Shown: one piece after another, positions 27,634 through 39,623 of the stretch
Numbering within the stretch: the first letter of the stretch is position 1
Layout: each line of letters begins with the position of its first letter
Assembly (NCBI GenBank): GCA_040954595.2
Contig: CM082594.2
Coordinates: 7,757,573-7,821,572, forward strand
Length of the DNA stretch: 64,000 nucleotides
Source: Balanoglossus misakiensis
Lineage: Eukaryota > Animalia > Hemichordata
Direction: 5' to 3'
Translations under genes and position numbers: made by a program
The notes under the pieces: generated by a model
Database searches by the model: none
Seen by the model: only the letters and a program-made list of their open reading frames with translations
Told to the model about the DNA's origin: nothing

Positions 27634-30027
27634 TATCGTGGCCCCTACACGACAATTTCAATTTATTATTTTGAAAGTTAAACTTTAATTTTAGATAGAC
27701 AATATCTTTTCCCAAAAAGTAAACTTTAATTTTGGTGGCGGCAACTAATTTTGATGGACAAAACTTTTTGATTTTGACAGTAAAACTTTAATTTTACTTA
27801 TCACAAATTTTATTTTAGAGAACCAAATTTATTTTTCGAAAGTAAATTTTATTTTTTCCAAGAATAATATTGTAATAAAGATTTATTTTGTCCAAAATAA
27901 ACAGTAACAACTTGAGATAAACTTATTCATACTACGTGGATTTTTTTTTCAAAAAGAAATGTTTTACTCTTTAAAGAAAAAGTTTATTTTGTAAAATTGC
28001 AAATTATTTTTCCCAGGTGAAAATATTTTACGGAGTTAAATTTTAATTTACATTTAAATAACCTTTAAACACTCGAGATAAAATTATCTGTACTCGATGG
28101 AATTATTTTACTTTTTTAAAACAAAATGTTTTTATTGCTTAAGAAAAAAAAATATTTTCTAAAGTAACAAATCATTTTTCCCGGGTGAAAATTTTATTTT
28201 ACAGGGGTAAATTTAATATGATTTCTAGTAACACAACTTATGGGGGCGCTCTTTCTAATGCTACTGACAAACTTTTGTTATGAGGGCGCAATTCAGGTTT
28301 CGGCGTGCGAATTTCTTTTACATGCATGACAAAATATATTTTCAGAAAGCAAAATATTTTTTTCTTCGCGGCGGAAATGAAGCTATCCCACAATTCCCGT
28401 ACATGAGAACGTTACAGGAGTACATAAATCCAACAAACAGATGAGATGGCTATCTATCCACAGTGCAATGTTTACGGATTGTATCTACTACGGCCGGGGC
28501 AGACAAATCCGGACAATTTCGCCTACGTATCGTAGACCTTTGAATGACGCTGTCGATCAAATCGAATACAAGATCTAGGGGAGTCGGTCCGTGGGAGAAA
28601 TCGGCCAGGTGCGAACTTGGCTCGTAGGATCGTTTAAATTAAAGTCCCTTAAATTATGTTTTGTGTATGCTTCACATTTTACGTGTACAGTAAACCACAG
28701 TGCTGCTCTGTCCCTGTCCCTAGGCAGTTTGTGGAATGACCGTGGTACAGTCGCCGCCGTTTAATCAGGACACCATGGGCGCAGACAAAACAGTCCCATT
28801 AACTGGCTGTTCCGTTTAGGGTAAAATGGTCGATCCCACCCACACATGTTCACCTTACACGCTATTGTTTACTTGGACATCGACTGCAAACAATTTCCAT
28901 ATGATGGTCGACTTTCGCGCTGATTATCGAACCCACCGCGGCCGACTGGCCACGCTGAGTTATAGATAGCCGCTCTAGAAAACATGACCTCAGACATGGT
29001 CCCTCGGAACCGTGCCTCGAATTCAACGATCACGTAGATGGACGCGCTGCCGCTTATGAGGTCACCGAGGAGTTTTCCAAAGTGGTCGCGTGGAGCTGCT
29101 TCAGTCCGTCCTCGACGTGAAACACCCGAAATTGGAAGGGACAGCCGGTTAATCGAAACATAATTTAAAGAACTTTAATTTCAATGATTTTACGAGCCGA
29201 GTTCGCACCTGGCCGATTTCTCCCACGGACCGACTCCCCTACATCTTGTATTCGATTTGATCGACAGCGTCATTTAAAGGTCTACGATGGCGGCGAGATT
29301 GTCCGGATTTGTCTGCCCGGCCGTAGTAGATACAATCTGTAAACATTGCACTGTTGATAGATAGCCATCTCATCTGTTTGTTGGATTTATGTACTCCTGT
29401 AACGTTCTCATGTACGGGAATTGTGGGATAGCTTCATTTCCGCCGCGAAGAAAAAAATATTTTGCTTTCTGAAAATATATTTTGTCATGCATGTAAAAGA
29501 AATTCGCACGCCGAAACCTGAATAGCGCCCCCATGAAAAAGTTTGTCAGTAGCAATAGAAAGAGCGCCCCCATAAGTTGTGTAACTAGAAATTAGATAAA
29601 AATATATTTACATCTGTAAAATAAAATTTTCACCCGCGAAAAGTAATCTTACTTAAAAAAAGTTTTACAAAATTAAATATTTCTTTCCGAAAATAAAAAA
29701 AATTCTATGTAGTATAGATAATATTTTATCTCAAGTGTTAGAAGTTTATTTTGGAAAAAAATCTTAAAATTTTACTCTCGGGAAAAGTAAAATTGGCTTT
29801 CGGAAATTAAAATTTTGTTCTCTAAAATAAGAGTTGTGTAAAGTAAATTTAAAGTTTTACTGTCAAAATTAAAAAGTCTACTCCACTGAAATTGAAATTG
29901 TGTGCGTCAAAATTATAGTTGCCTTCACCAAAACTTAAGTTTACTTTTGGGAGAAGATATTGTCTATAATTTTGGAAGTTTAACTTTCAAAATAATATTT
30001 TAGGCGTGACATGAGAGGGCCACCGTA
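27634..30027. mobile_element. Non-autonomous foldback-like DNA transposon with ~0.9-1.0 kb inverted arms; probably IS3EU-type
   Basis: Arms ~27634-28661 and ~29155-30027 are reverse complements. Termini are TATCGTGGCCC...GGGCCACCGTA, flanked by the 6-bp direct repeat CGAGCT (27628-27633, 30028-30033). No transposase ORF. Confidence 0.85.
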
Positions 30028-32399
30028 CGAGCTTGATGATTGCTGAAGGATTTTGTCAAGGGTCGTCAATGTACACATTTGAACAGGAAATGCAATATTG
30101 CGCGTTTGTCTGTGTTTGTCAAACAGGACTTTTTCAACGTTTATCAAAACGCATTCCACGAGAACCAAGGATTTAAAATTGCCCGAAATATGGTGGCCAG
30201 GTGTTGGCTTGAATTCTTTTGCCGAGGGGGGGGGGGGGTGACGTATCTTCAGCAGACCATTTTTTCAGACCGTGGTCTGTTCAGTGTTTTTTTTCATAAA
30301 CTGACTAACCTCTCTTTGGCGGCGCTGTACCAGTCACCCGCTTCGAAATGACGCCTTGTAAATCAGTGTCCTGGTCCAAAACGTTCCTTGTAGCAGCTGA
30401 AGTTTGAACTTTGCGTCGCCCAGTCCATCTGCCCTGTCTCAATGAGTTCGTCTAGCCGGTGGAGAATTTTGGTCATTTGACCGCAATGTTCCCCTCGAGT
30501 CACTTTTGTGTTCTGGCGTATCCGTCTTGTCTCGGAGTACCTGTAACCTGGTCTCGGCACCAAAAACGTGGCGGCGGGGGGCCTTGTAGAAGCTCAGAGA
30601 ACAGAACGAACCAAGACACGCGTTTCGTCAACACCAAGAACTCAACTCCTTCAAGAGTTCAAGACACTGACCACGTGCCCAAAGGGGCCGCGGTACAATC
30701 CAAATATGGAGAGTCATTGATTAGCAGGTGCACCTGATTTCTGGTAAAATGCAAATGACATGATTCACAGGTGCGCCAGATAGAAATTGGGAAGCATGCA
30801 AATTATACACCAACAATTGTACATGCACTTGACTGTCCACATCTCTGACTAAGCAAAGCTATTACATTCTGCTCTGGTTCGATGTTAGTTTGTAGCATTT
30901 TAGGTTAATTATTCCTTGCGTTCGGTTATATTGATGGCGCCATCTTGATTTGCTTGTGTGAATTTCGGAGGAAAATACACAAGATGGCTCAAGAGGGCGC
31001 AGTGCTGTTCGGCGGTTTAAAATCTTAGTCTTTCCATAGGCAAAATCCATGATATCTATAAAAACGTGACACTGTGAAGTTGCAGCTTTAGCATGTCCCT
31101 ATTGTGATAAGAGGCTACGTGCGAAAATGTCTCGGCGTGGCACGAACTGCAACGATTGACCGTCTTATTTGTAATACTTGGCATAGCCATCGCATCTCCC
31201 CTGCCAGTTTTTGTCCCAGTTACCCGAGACGATAAAGATTGGTAATGATCCGAACAGATCGGCGTGTTGAAAAACAAACACGCGTCGTTTATTTTCCTGT
31301 ACATGGCATGTGATACCTCACGTCTGCAGATGAATTTTACCCAACACGTGGTTAAATATAGCGGCTAAGTTTAGAACTATCAGCGTGACTGTCGGTTCTG
31401 GAAGTGTTGCTTATCTTGTACTGTGACACCGCCCTGGTGATCGACGTCAATCCATACTCCAAATTCCTTCGCACTGCTGACTGCACTATCATAACAAGCG
31501 CGATCACGAGGTATTGAAGTCATCACCAGTTGGACTCCACGGCGATCAGCCAAGAAAAAAATCTGAATCCTTGTACAGGAGACATGATTTCCATACAATA
31601 TAAGGCATTCCGCCAAATCGACACGTGTCAATGACACCATGTTTTGTTGACATGATTGCGCCCTCTATCGACTGCTATGAGCACCGAACGACATTTCCCC
31701 GCTGTATTATGTGCCTGTACCTCCCCGCACAATCACAAAGGTTTTTGGCATCTAAACTGTGTCATTGCCGAGGCAGCAGTTTATCATCTTCCAGAAAGCT
31801 TGTTTCTTACTCCAATTCATTGCAACGATTGTTTCTGGCTTGACAGTAAACCCATACAGAACAGTGTCGGGTAAAGGCCATCTAAGGTCACTTCTGGTTG
31901 ACCGGTAAATGTATGTATTTTGACACACAAACACAATACTCATATAGTCCCGATCATAGTTGACGTAAACAAGTGAACTAGTGCGTATTGAGGTGATTTA
32001 AGCTACAAAGCTTAGTGGCATGGCCTCTTTCCTTGAACTGAACCGGGATAAAGGAAATGTGATCCGCGGGGTGGGATAAGGAAGAGGAAACCGGCATAAT
32101 TCGGGAATGGGTTGATTCACTACCGGGTCCCCTAATAAAATGCGGTTCAAGGAAAATACTATAGACGTCAGTGGTTGGTAATACATAAAATTTTATTCAA
32201 ACAAAGTGTAGTGGGTAAAGAACATGACAGATCTGAACATATATATCGTCTCTGGAATGCATATTCGGTCAGTTTGTAAAGCGCGCCTCCATAAACCCGA
32301 AGAATAACTTCATTGCATATCTGAGGACACGACCTACATTCTCGGTATCTCCGCGCCCTTTTTACGTACGCGTTGCCCATTCATTCATGAGTTAACGAC

Positions 32400-32760
32400 G
32401 ATGTGATTGGCTGGTGGGTGGGGGCGTGTCCCGCGGCCTGCCCAGTGAGTAATTTCCGTGCTCGTTTGATCAAACTCGTAAATTTATGACTTTTATCCAT
32501 AAAAGGAATAATGAGTGAATCGAGTGCCGGCGCGGACAATAGGCCACGCCCCTCGTCGCCCCCTCTGTCGAAACACCGAATCGTGCGTTCGTGGTTTACG
32601 TGACTAGCTGATCTGAACTCGCCCGAATTTCTGACGTCACGCCGCACATTCCGCCGGCCGGCTTTCTTCCCACACGACAGTATAACATATACCGGTGAAA
32701 GTGAACAGACTGACAAGTCCAGCGTAGCCGCAGCAAGTACTCGATCTCCACTCCTGTAAG
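32400..32760 (+). promoter_or_regulatory. Promoter and non-coding exon 1 of NDUFA4/C15orf48-like paralog A
   Basis: ATTGG 32406, GGGGCGTGTCC 32421, TACGTG 32597, TGACGTCA 32632, donor TGTAAG|GTAAGC at 32760; matching acceptor TTGACAG ending at 33142. Confidence 0.55.
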
Positions 32761-33166
32761 GTAAGCGAAACACTCTTATAGTTATTTTTGTCTACGTACT
32801 CACATATAATGAATGTGGACGTGCATTTCTGCATCGAGATTGGCCTATCCTACTTCATACATGTACACCGATATTTCGCAATTACTTCTCCCTTTTTTCC
32901 CAATTGTCCACGTGGGTAACCCGGCAGCTGATAAATTATTTCGATCGCACGTAACACTCGTATCAGTACTTCCACGTTGAGAAATTAACGTTTTTACAAT
33001 CAAATATATGTATGTAATCATGTGATCTGGAACCAGACATTGTCGCCATTAGCTTAATGATTAAACATGACTTTTGTTAAAGAACATTTTGAAAAAAAAA
33101 ATCAGTCGACATAGGACGTTTCCGCCTTTGTTCTTTTGACAGAAAACCCGACGAAATCACTTCAAA

Positions 33167-36100
33167 ATGAGTTTTGGTCTGAGAGCCTTGAAGAAACACT
33201 ATGAGGTAACGTATGAATTCTCAGTAGGGTTTTTAATGTGCCAACGCGGCAGCTCCATTAAAAATGGCAACACTAGTACAAAGTCTACACGTTCAACTCT
33301 GCCCGTAGAAACAATATACATATAGTATGTCAGTTTCAAACACGCCAAGTCCTGCGTACGACCTTTGTTTGAAATCCGCAGTCTGCCGGCGTTTCACACA
33401 GTTAGCCGGTATTACAACGCCCAGCCGGCCACACATGTGGCTATTATTATCACACCAGGTGATGAAATTTCGTTAGTTATTCAAATTCTAGTTATTGCCA
33501 AATTCATATGTTTTAAACGATCCAAATACCCCCCCCCCCCCGGTTTGTCCTCGCCACCGACTTGGACTCACTGTCACGTGGTAGCCCCAACGCTGGCGGG
33601 AACTCGCAACAAAATATCCTGACAGTTCCAAGAAAAAGGCATCACCCAATCAGCTATCGCCACGCAATTCAATTCATCATCTCAAACAGCATCCCCAATA
33701 TGATTACTCCTCCATATTGAATAAACTCATCTTTTACGTACACGACCATTTCCATTCCAAATTCCATTCAGTTGATATATACGTCACAAGTTACATTTTT
33801 GCACCGCGAGTTTTACATGAAGACGTGACGGTGATATTAAGATATATGTTAGTGTCACATCCGTCCTTGGTCGCAAGAAGCAATCATGAATGTTTAATAA
33901 GCTTTTAGAAATATAATAAATGTAGCCATTGGATAGCTGGGAGTGATTGTATGTAGACGTCATAGCTTCTGAATGGAATGGATATATTCCTGATTTATAA
34001 GTTGACGACATTCCTAGAATGTCAAGGTCATAGGAAGTATTTGTTTATCTGCAATCGAGGACAACAAATGATGCGGCATGTTAACTGATAACGCTGAGAT
34101 GCATTTCTTTTACGCGCGCGCGCTTCTCACGTGCGCTGCGTCGCGCGCAATAAAATACATGTTTTAAGAAGACGCGCCTATTTATTTTGAGAATTATATT
34201 ATTACATATGCCACTGTCATGAGGACATGTTATGACTGCTTCGGGTATACAAAAATAGACTTTCTAAAAATAGCAAATTCTTACGTCACCATGCATTGCC
34301 TCAATTATCAGTGTCCCGAGCATGCGTATTCACATGTGTAGCTATGCAGACAATAGACTGTAACATTGGCGATAAAAACCGTGGAATTTTCGAGTCACAA
34401 GTCGCTTTGAATTCACTGTACATACTTGCAAGACCTGTGTCTTAGCAGCGAAGAAAACCCATTGTATGTTTTGCGTTGGCAGCAATTGTTTGGGCGCGAG
34501 AACGATATTGTACATAAACCGCGATGAATAAAAGTCGCTTCCATCGCTTAGCAACAGGCAGGCGTTATTGCTAGGCTTCGATACAAGAAAAATCCAATCT
34601 AACTCAAAGTACTAAAGCTTGTTTTCTTGTCGTCAATGTGACCGTGATCAGAGTAAATTAATCATGAAGTGATGACGTAGGTGTCAGCGGGCACGGATGG
34701 CGACGATCAACAAATACGCAAATCCACTTAAGAGGTCAGAAACATGAATATTCCAGAGTGAACTGACGTTCCCATGGAAACCCGACAATGTAATTAGCCT
34801 TCGGTGTTGAAACGAACACCTACAATTACTACCGACCCACCTTTGTGGATCGATATGTCTGTAGTGTGTCTGCTGCGTTATTAGTACAGCTATTTCAAGC
34901 CCTTTTGCGGATCAGTTTGTTTTTGTGCTGTCGTTCGATTCAGTCTCATGTGTCTGTCAGTCTATCTGTCTGCCAACGTGTCTTGTTATCCGCATATCTG
35001 TCGTCAAGCACAACCGACGTCAGCCTCGCTCTAAAACCCACTGGATAAAGAATTTAAAGATCTTTTTCGATTCCAGTTAATGGGATTAAAGGCTACATAC
35101 ACAATCTAGTAGCATCACATTTAGCATTTAGCACCGAATTGATCCTCTGAACAGTGTTGACGTACAAGAAAAAAATCCCATCGACATGAAATTGTCGTCC
35201 GCTCGACTGTTCTTTTTTGACGGCGACACAACAGTAGTGACGTGTCAAGAACGCCAAATATGTGTGGCATGAAGACCTTGTGTGACAAACTTGACGTTCA
35301 TATAGGATAGGCCTTCGCGCGCTTTGTTTTACGATAGGTCGTAAACCTTTCATTGAACTATGACGCACGACCTTAAACCTAAAATAGCCAAGTTCTCTTC
35401 TGTCTTTGTGATTAACGCGTATTTGTAATTCTACTGGGTTACAACGGTATCTAGATGAAACCAGTCGCTTGGGAAATGTCAGTGTAATTAACAGGGAAAC
35501 GGTATCAAAAATTCGCCTTATTTAGTTCCCGACGTCACGAATTGTTATTTTGACCCAACCCACGCACGTGCGCCGTATGGGATTGCGAGATCACCACACG
35601 TCAGATGGGCTGTGAAACGTGGATCTAGATTTTTTACGCGCCAAACTGCCGGTGAGATATCAGACTTCCGGTTTAAGGACAATCCGCCTACGCGTTTCTG
35701 TGCCAGCCGGCGGGAAAAAGCACGAAGCGCGTGGTCCGGTATTGCGCGTCTATAAATGACCACATAATCAACTGACAATCCGGCCGGGTAATAGGATAAC
35801 TAGGTCCAAGAGACGATTATCATTTGTTGTGGAAAGGTCTGATGTCGAATCATCGTTGTCATGCAAAACACACGAAACAAAAGAGATAAATTTGGAACAA
35901 TAAATGCGTACGTGCAGAAATTCTCGTCATCTTCAGCTAACCGTGAGAGCGCGTATTTTTTATAGGCGTGACGAATTACCCCGTGACGCGTTTCACACCT
36001 ACGGTAATTTCAATTATTGAACAGTTGCCGGGTAGTGTTGTTCGGAATATACACAGTCACGATCCGGGTTGAACGGAATTGGAGCGTGAAAAAGTGTTGT

Positions 36101-39100
36101 TCAAATTGATGTATATTGTATTGTTACATATCACTCTAAAAATAAACAGTTTAATATTTTTCCCAAACAAAATTCCAAAAGGTTTCCAATTCCCCGGAGT
36201 ACCAGTACCGTCAGCAAAACGTAATTGAACACGCTCATCGATGAGTTGAAATTAACTCGAAACAAATTTCACATCGCCCAAATTATGGGTGTCGTCTATG
36301 ATGCGTCAGTTTCTCAACGTCATCAAATACCGCCCGGCCTTCGACCACAGCACGCGACAAGTTGGGACTCTTTTCTGATATTTTGGCATTTCATTAAAGG
36401 CATGGAAAATGGATTTCGAAAGCACGCATCCGTCATAAAAAAACACGATGTACTCGTTTCCGCTATTAAAAATAGACTATATCTTTTTTCGGTCGCATGA
36501 CTTTCTATAAATACCACTGAATCTTCGTCTTCTCGTGCGTATCTAAATAACTATAAGAGCGATTTACTCTGGCGATGAGCGTGTTAGGTCGGGAACTAAC
36601 ATTCTTTACCATTACCCCCGAAGTCGGTGTTTGCGTTTTCTGAGTGATCATTAAAAATGACGACAGCTGGAGAAGTTTTAATGGCAAACTTTAATGACGT
36701 TTAAAGTATTTCAAGCGTCCAGTTTGTATTAAGGAACGTACGATACGCGATATAATAGCGCATGGATTTTTGTACAAGTATTTTGGCGTCAGATTTGATT
36801 AGTGGTGATTGATAAGGAGTTGTGGTATTTGGCGAATATTTTGTCTTATGTTACACTGAAGGCACGCAATCTGAAGACGTGGATTTTCATGTGCCTATAA
36901 ACGAAGCAAATGTGTTCATACCCATCGAGATTGATTCTGTTCGAGTTTCACCTCAGTTAATTAGGGCGCCTCGGTTTATGTTTTATGGGTGATTTTAACA
37001 ATGCCCAGTTCAAACTTCAGTTTGCCGCAGTATTGTTCTTTGACCCAAGCGAACATCGCCAATATTAAACTAAGTTGGAATCAATAAAAACAAGTACTAA
37101 GGTTTTATATTAAAGCCAAACTACCAGTTCACATTGTTCGACAATCGACCTTTGTAACAAAAAGGTGTCGTTCTAAATTCTGCAAGCCCCCGGTGTAGTG
37201 CGTGGGCTTAATTGTTTTGGCGGTGGGCCAAATCGTGAAACTTCTGCGGATCGGCATGGCTGACTTTGTGCTATCGACGTGGTATTTCTGGAACCGTTCC
37301 AAACACACGCAAGGATCATGTGCCCGCAGATTGTTGTGTGTGCCGTAAAAGGATCTGCCTTAACGACGTCAGGGCCTTGTCGTAAAAACGCGGTCTTTTG
37401 TCGCAGAGTGGCCGGGCCAGAGGATGATTTTTCTCTTTCTTGTTCTGGATTCTAAAACTCTTTATTCGCTCTGTTGGTTATACAAACACGGTATCTGACT
37501 TACAGTCGACAAAACATCTTGACAATTTATAGTCTCGGTTACCCAGAGCCCTCTGCTTCTTCCGTTAGGCACTCCAGAAAGAGGGTCTGGGGAAACCCGG
37601 TAGACAAACCGTCAGGCGGAATCGGGACAGCTGCGATGCATGACGGGAGATTAATATTCGATACGATATTATGATATGTCGATATTAGAAAACTATTTAC
37701 CGAACTTCTCTCTCTCTTTTCAATTTGTATACAGTTTTAGCAGGTCTAGCACTTCTCAGCATGTTTTCTTTATCGTATGTCATACATGTCGGCCGTGAGT
37801 TCGCGCGCAGGACGTCGCCATTTTGGAATATTAATCTCCCGTCATGCATCGCAGCTGTCCCGATTCCGCCTGACGGTTTGTCTACCGGGTTTCCCCAGAC
37901 CCTCTTTCTGGAGTGCCTAACGGAAGAAGCAGAGGGCTCTGGGTAACCGAGACTAGACAATTTACTGAACTGCGTATTGAAAACTATACACCCCTTTGAC
38001 GGTAACTTGGACGGTGTACAATGTTACAAGTGGCCAAGAAAATTAATTAACTCGAGCATTGACAGTTCATATTTTACCCGACACTCGTGCACGGAAAGTA
38101 GATCGGGCACGAAGCCCTGGTACCATCGTATGCTCATTAATTTTTCTGAAAGTATCGTGAGGGTTTGTTAACAGCAATTAAATTGGTCCCTGAAGTAAAA
38201 TACGGTTGTCAGTGTGTTCAGATTACTGAAAATTTCTCAACCACATGGTTGTTGAAACGTTGAAATAAAGACTGCGTTTATCAAAATTACCCACTTACAG
38301 ACAAAATACCGCAAACCCATTCCCCTTTAGTTGCCTTCTGTAATTGAGTAAAATGTGTGCAATAATTTGATTACCGGGTGTCGTGGTAACGTGGATGCAA
38401 TTGCACAGAAACAGTGCCTCAAACGTTTTGTGTCGTGACGCGAAAAAACGTAGGTTAATTTCCTCCGATTCACGGGGCTGCTTTCCGCCATGCCTTTCGA
38501 AGGTCGGAGGTCAAATCATCAGCCTGCTGCGCGGGAACGCTACACCAATTTCAGACGGCGGCAGATTGACCTCATCAACCTAAAATGCGAACAAAATTCT
38601 ACAAACGAACGAATACAATTTCAATCAATACCTACCGATTACATTCATAAGACTCTCAGCTTGCCTAATAGATCTGCAAGGGCAAATTCTGTATTAGGTT
38701 TTCCTAATTTTAGTTTCGTCAAGATCAATATACATTCCGCCATATTTTAATCAGAATTTGACTTTTATTCTTTCAAAGGCATCTGCTCTGAATATTATGA
38801 ATCATGGGTCCGCTAAAACTTTCTAAAATGCGCCATTAATTAAACATTTCCCTTTCCTTTTTTTCTGTTTCAGTTGACTCCCTTGGTGTCACTCATCGGC
38901 GGTGTCTGTGTTATGGCGGGAAGCTATGTCGTTTATGCACTCGCGACCAAATCAGACGTTGTGTAAGTGTTCTATTTTGCCCTTGTTTTTCGTTTTCTCG
39001 AATTCTGTTGTTTCCACCCTGGCAAAATTTGTGATAGTGACCATTATTGTTTATACATGAAGTCAGACCATAACCAAAATTGTAAAAAGGCGGAAAATGT

Positions 39101-39623
39101 AACCCGCAGACGACACTATGTTTATTCAGCCTTGCGACAGTCTGCATGACGTATAGTAGTCCTTCTGGCGGGAAAACATTCCCCCATCGATTCGAAGTGA
39201 AGGTCGTTCAAAATTTGTGATGAATATTCTAATTTTTTTATTCTACAGCGTGCGAAAGGGTTCAAACCCCTTCCCCTGGGATAATGTCGACTCATCGAAA
39301 GCACAGAAGGTATGTGTCCAACTTATAGAATCTCTAACACATTTTCGCTCGATTTGACACTGCTGTTTGTCGTCCATTAATCATGCGGTCGCCATCTTGG
39401 AATCAACAATGATGATGAATCGAAAGCGAAAGTTAAAACTATAGAGCTAGTCCGACGTTCACTAAGCAAAGCGAAACCAGAGGCTCAACAATGAAACAAA
39501 CGAAGCACTATTAAACAAAATTGCATTTCTTTCCCTTTCCAGCTCATCTCAGTAAACCAAAAATGGACCGCGATGCCAGAACTCGAGAAACTCCGACGCG
39601 AGATTCGATCGCCAAGTGCATAA
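33167..39623 (+). CDS. NDUFA4/C15orf48 (COXFA4 family) small mitochondrial membrane protein, paralog A, 89 aa; exons 33167-33205, 38874-38962, 39249-39309, 39543-39623
   Basis: The spliced product MSFGLRALKKHYELTPLVSLIGGVCVMAGSYVVYALATKSDVVVRKGSNPFPWDNVDSSKAQKLISVNQKWTAMPELEKLRREIRSPSA follows the family pattern (ELxPL, single TM, KxDV, NPxPW, QKLIxxNQ). Canonical splice sites, in phase. Confidence 0.88.
37530..37955. mobile_element. MITE, 426 bp, 130-bp terminal inverted repeats, 9-bp TSD; intronic in paralog A
   Basis: 37530-37659 is the reverse complement of 37826-37955 (TAGTCTCGG...CCGAGACTA); TSD GACAATTTA at 37521-37529 and 37956-37964. Confidence 0.92.

Noticed and set aside
37474-37960. 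Two opposite-strand ORFs sharing SLGYPEPSASSVRHSRKRVWGNP
   Set aside because: Artefact of the MITE inverted repeats.
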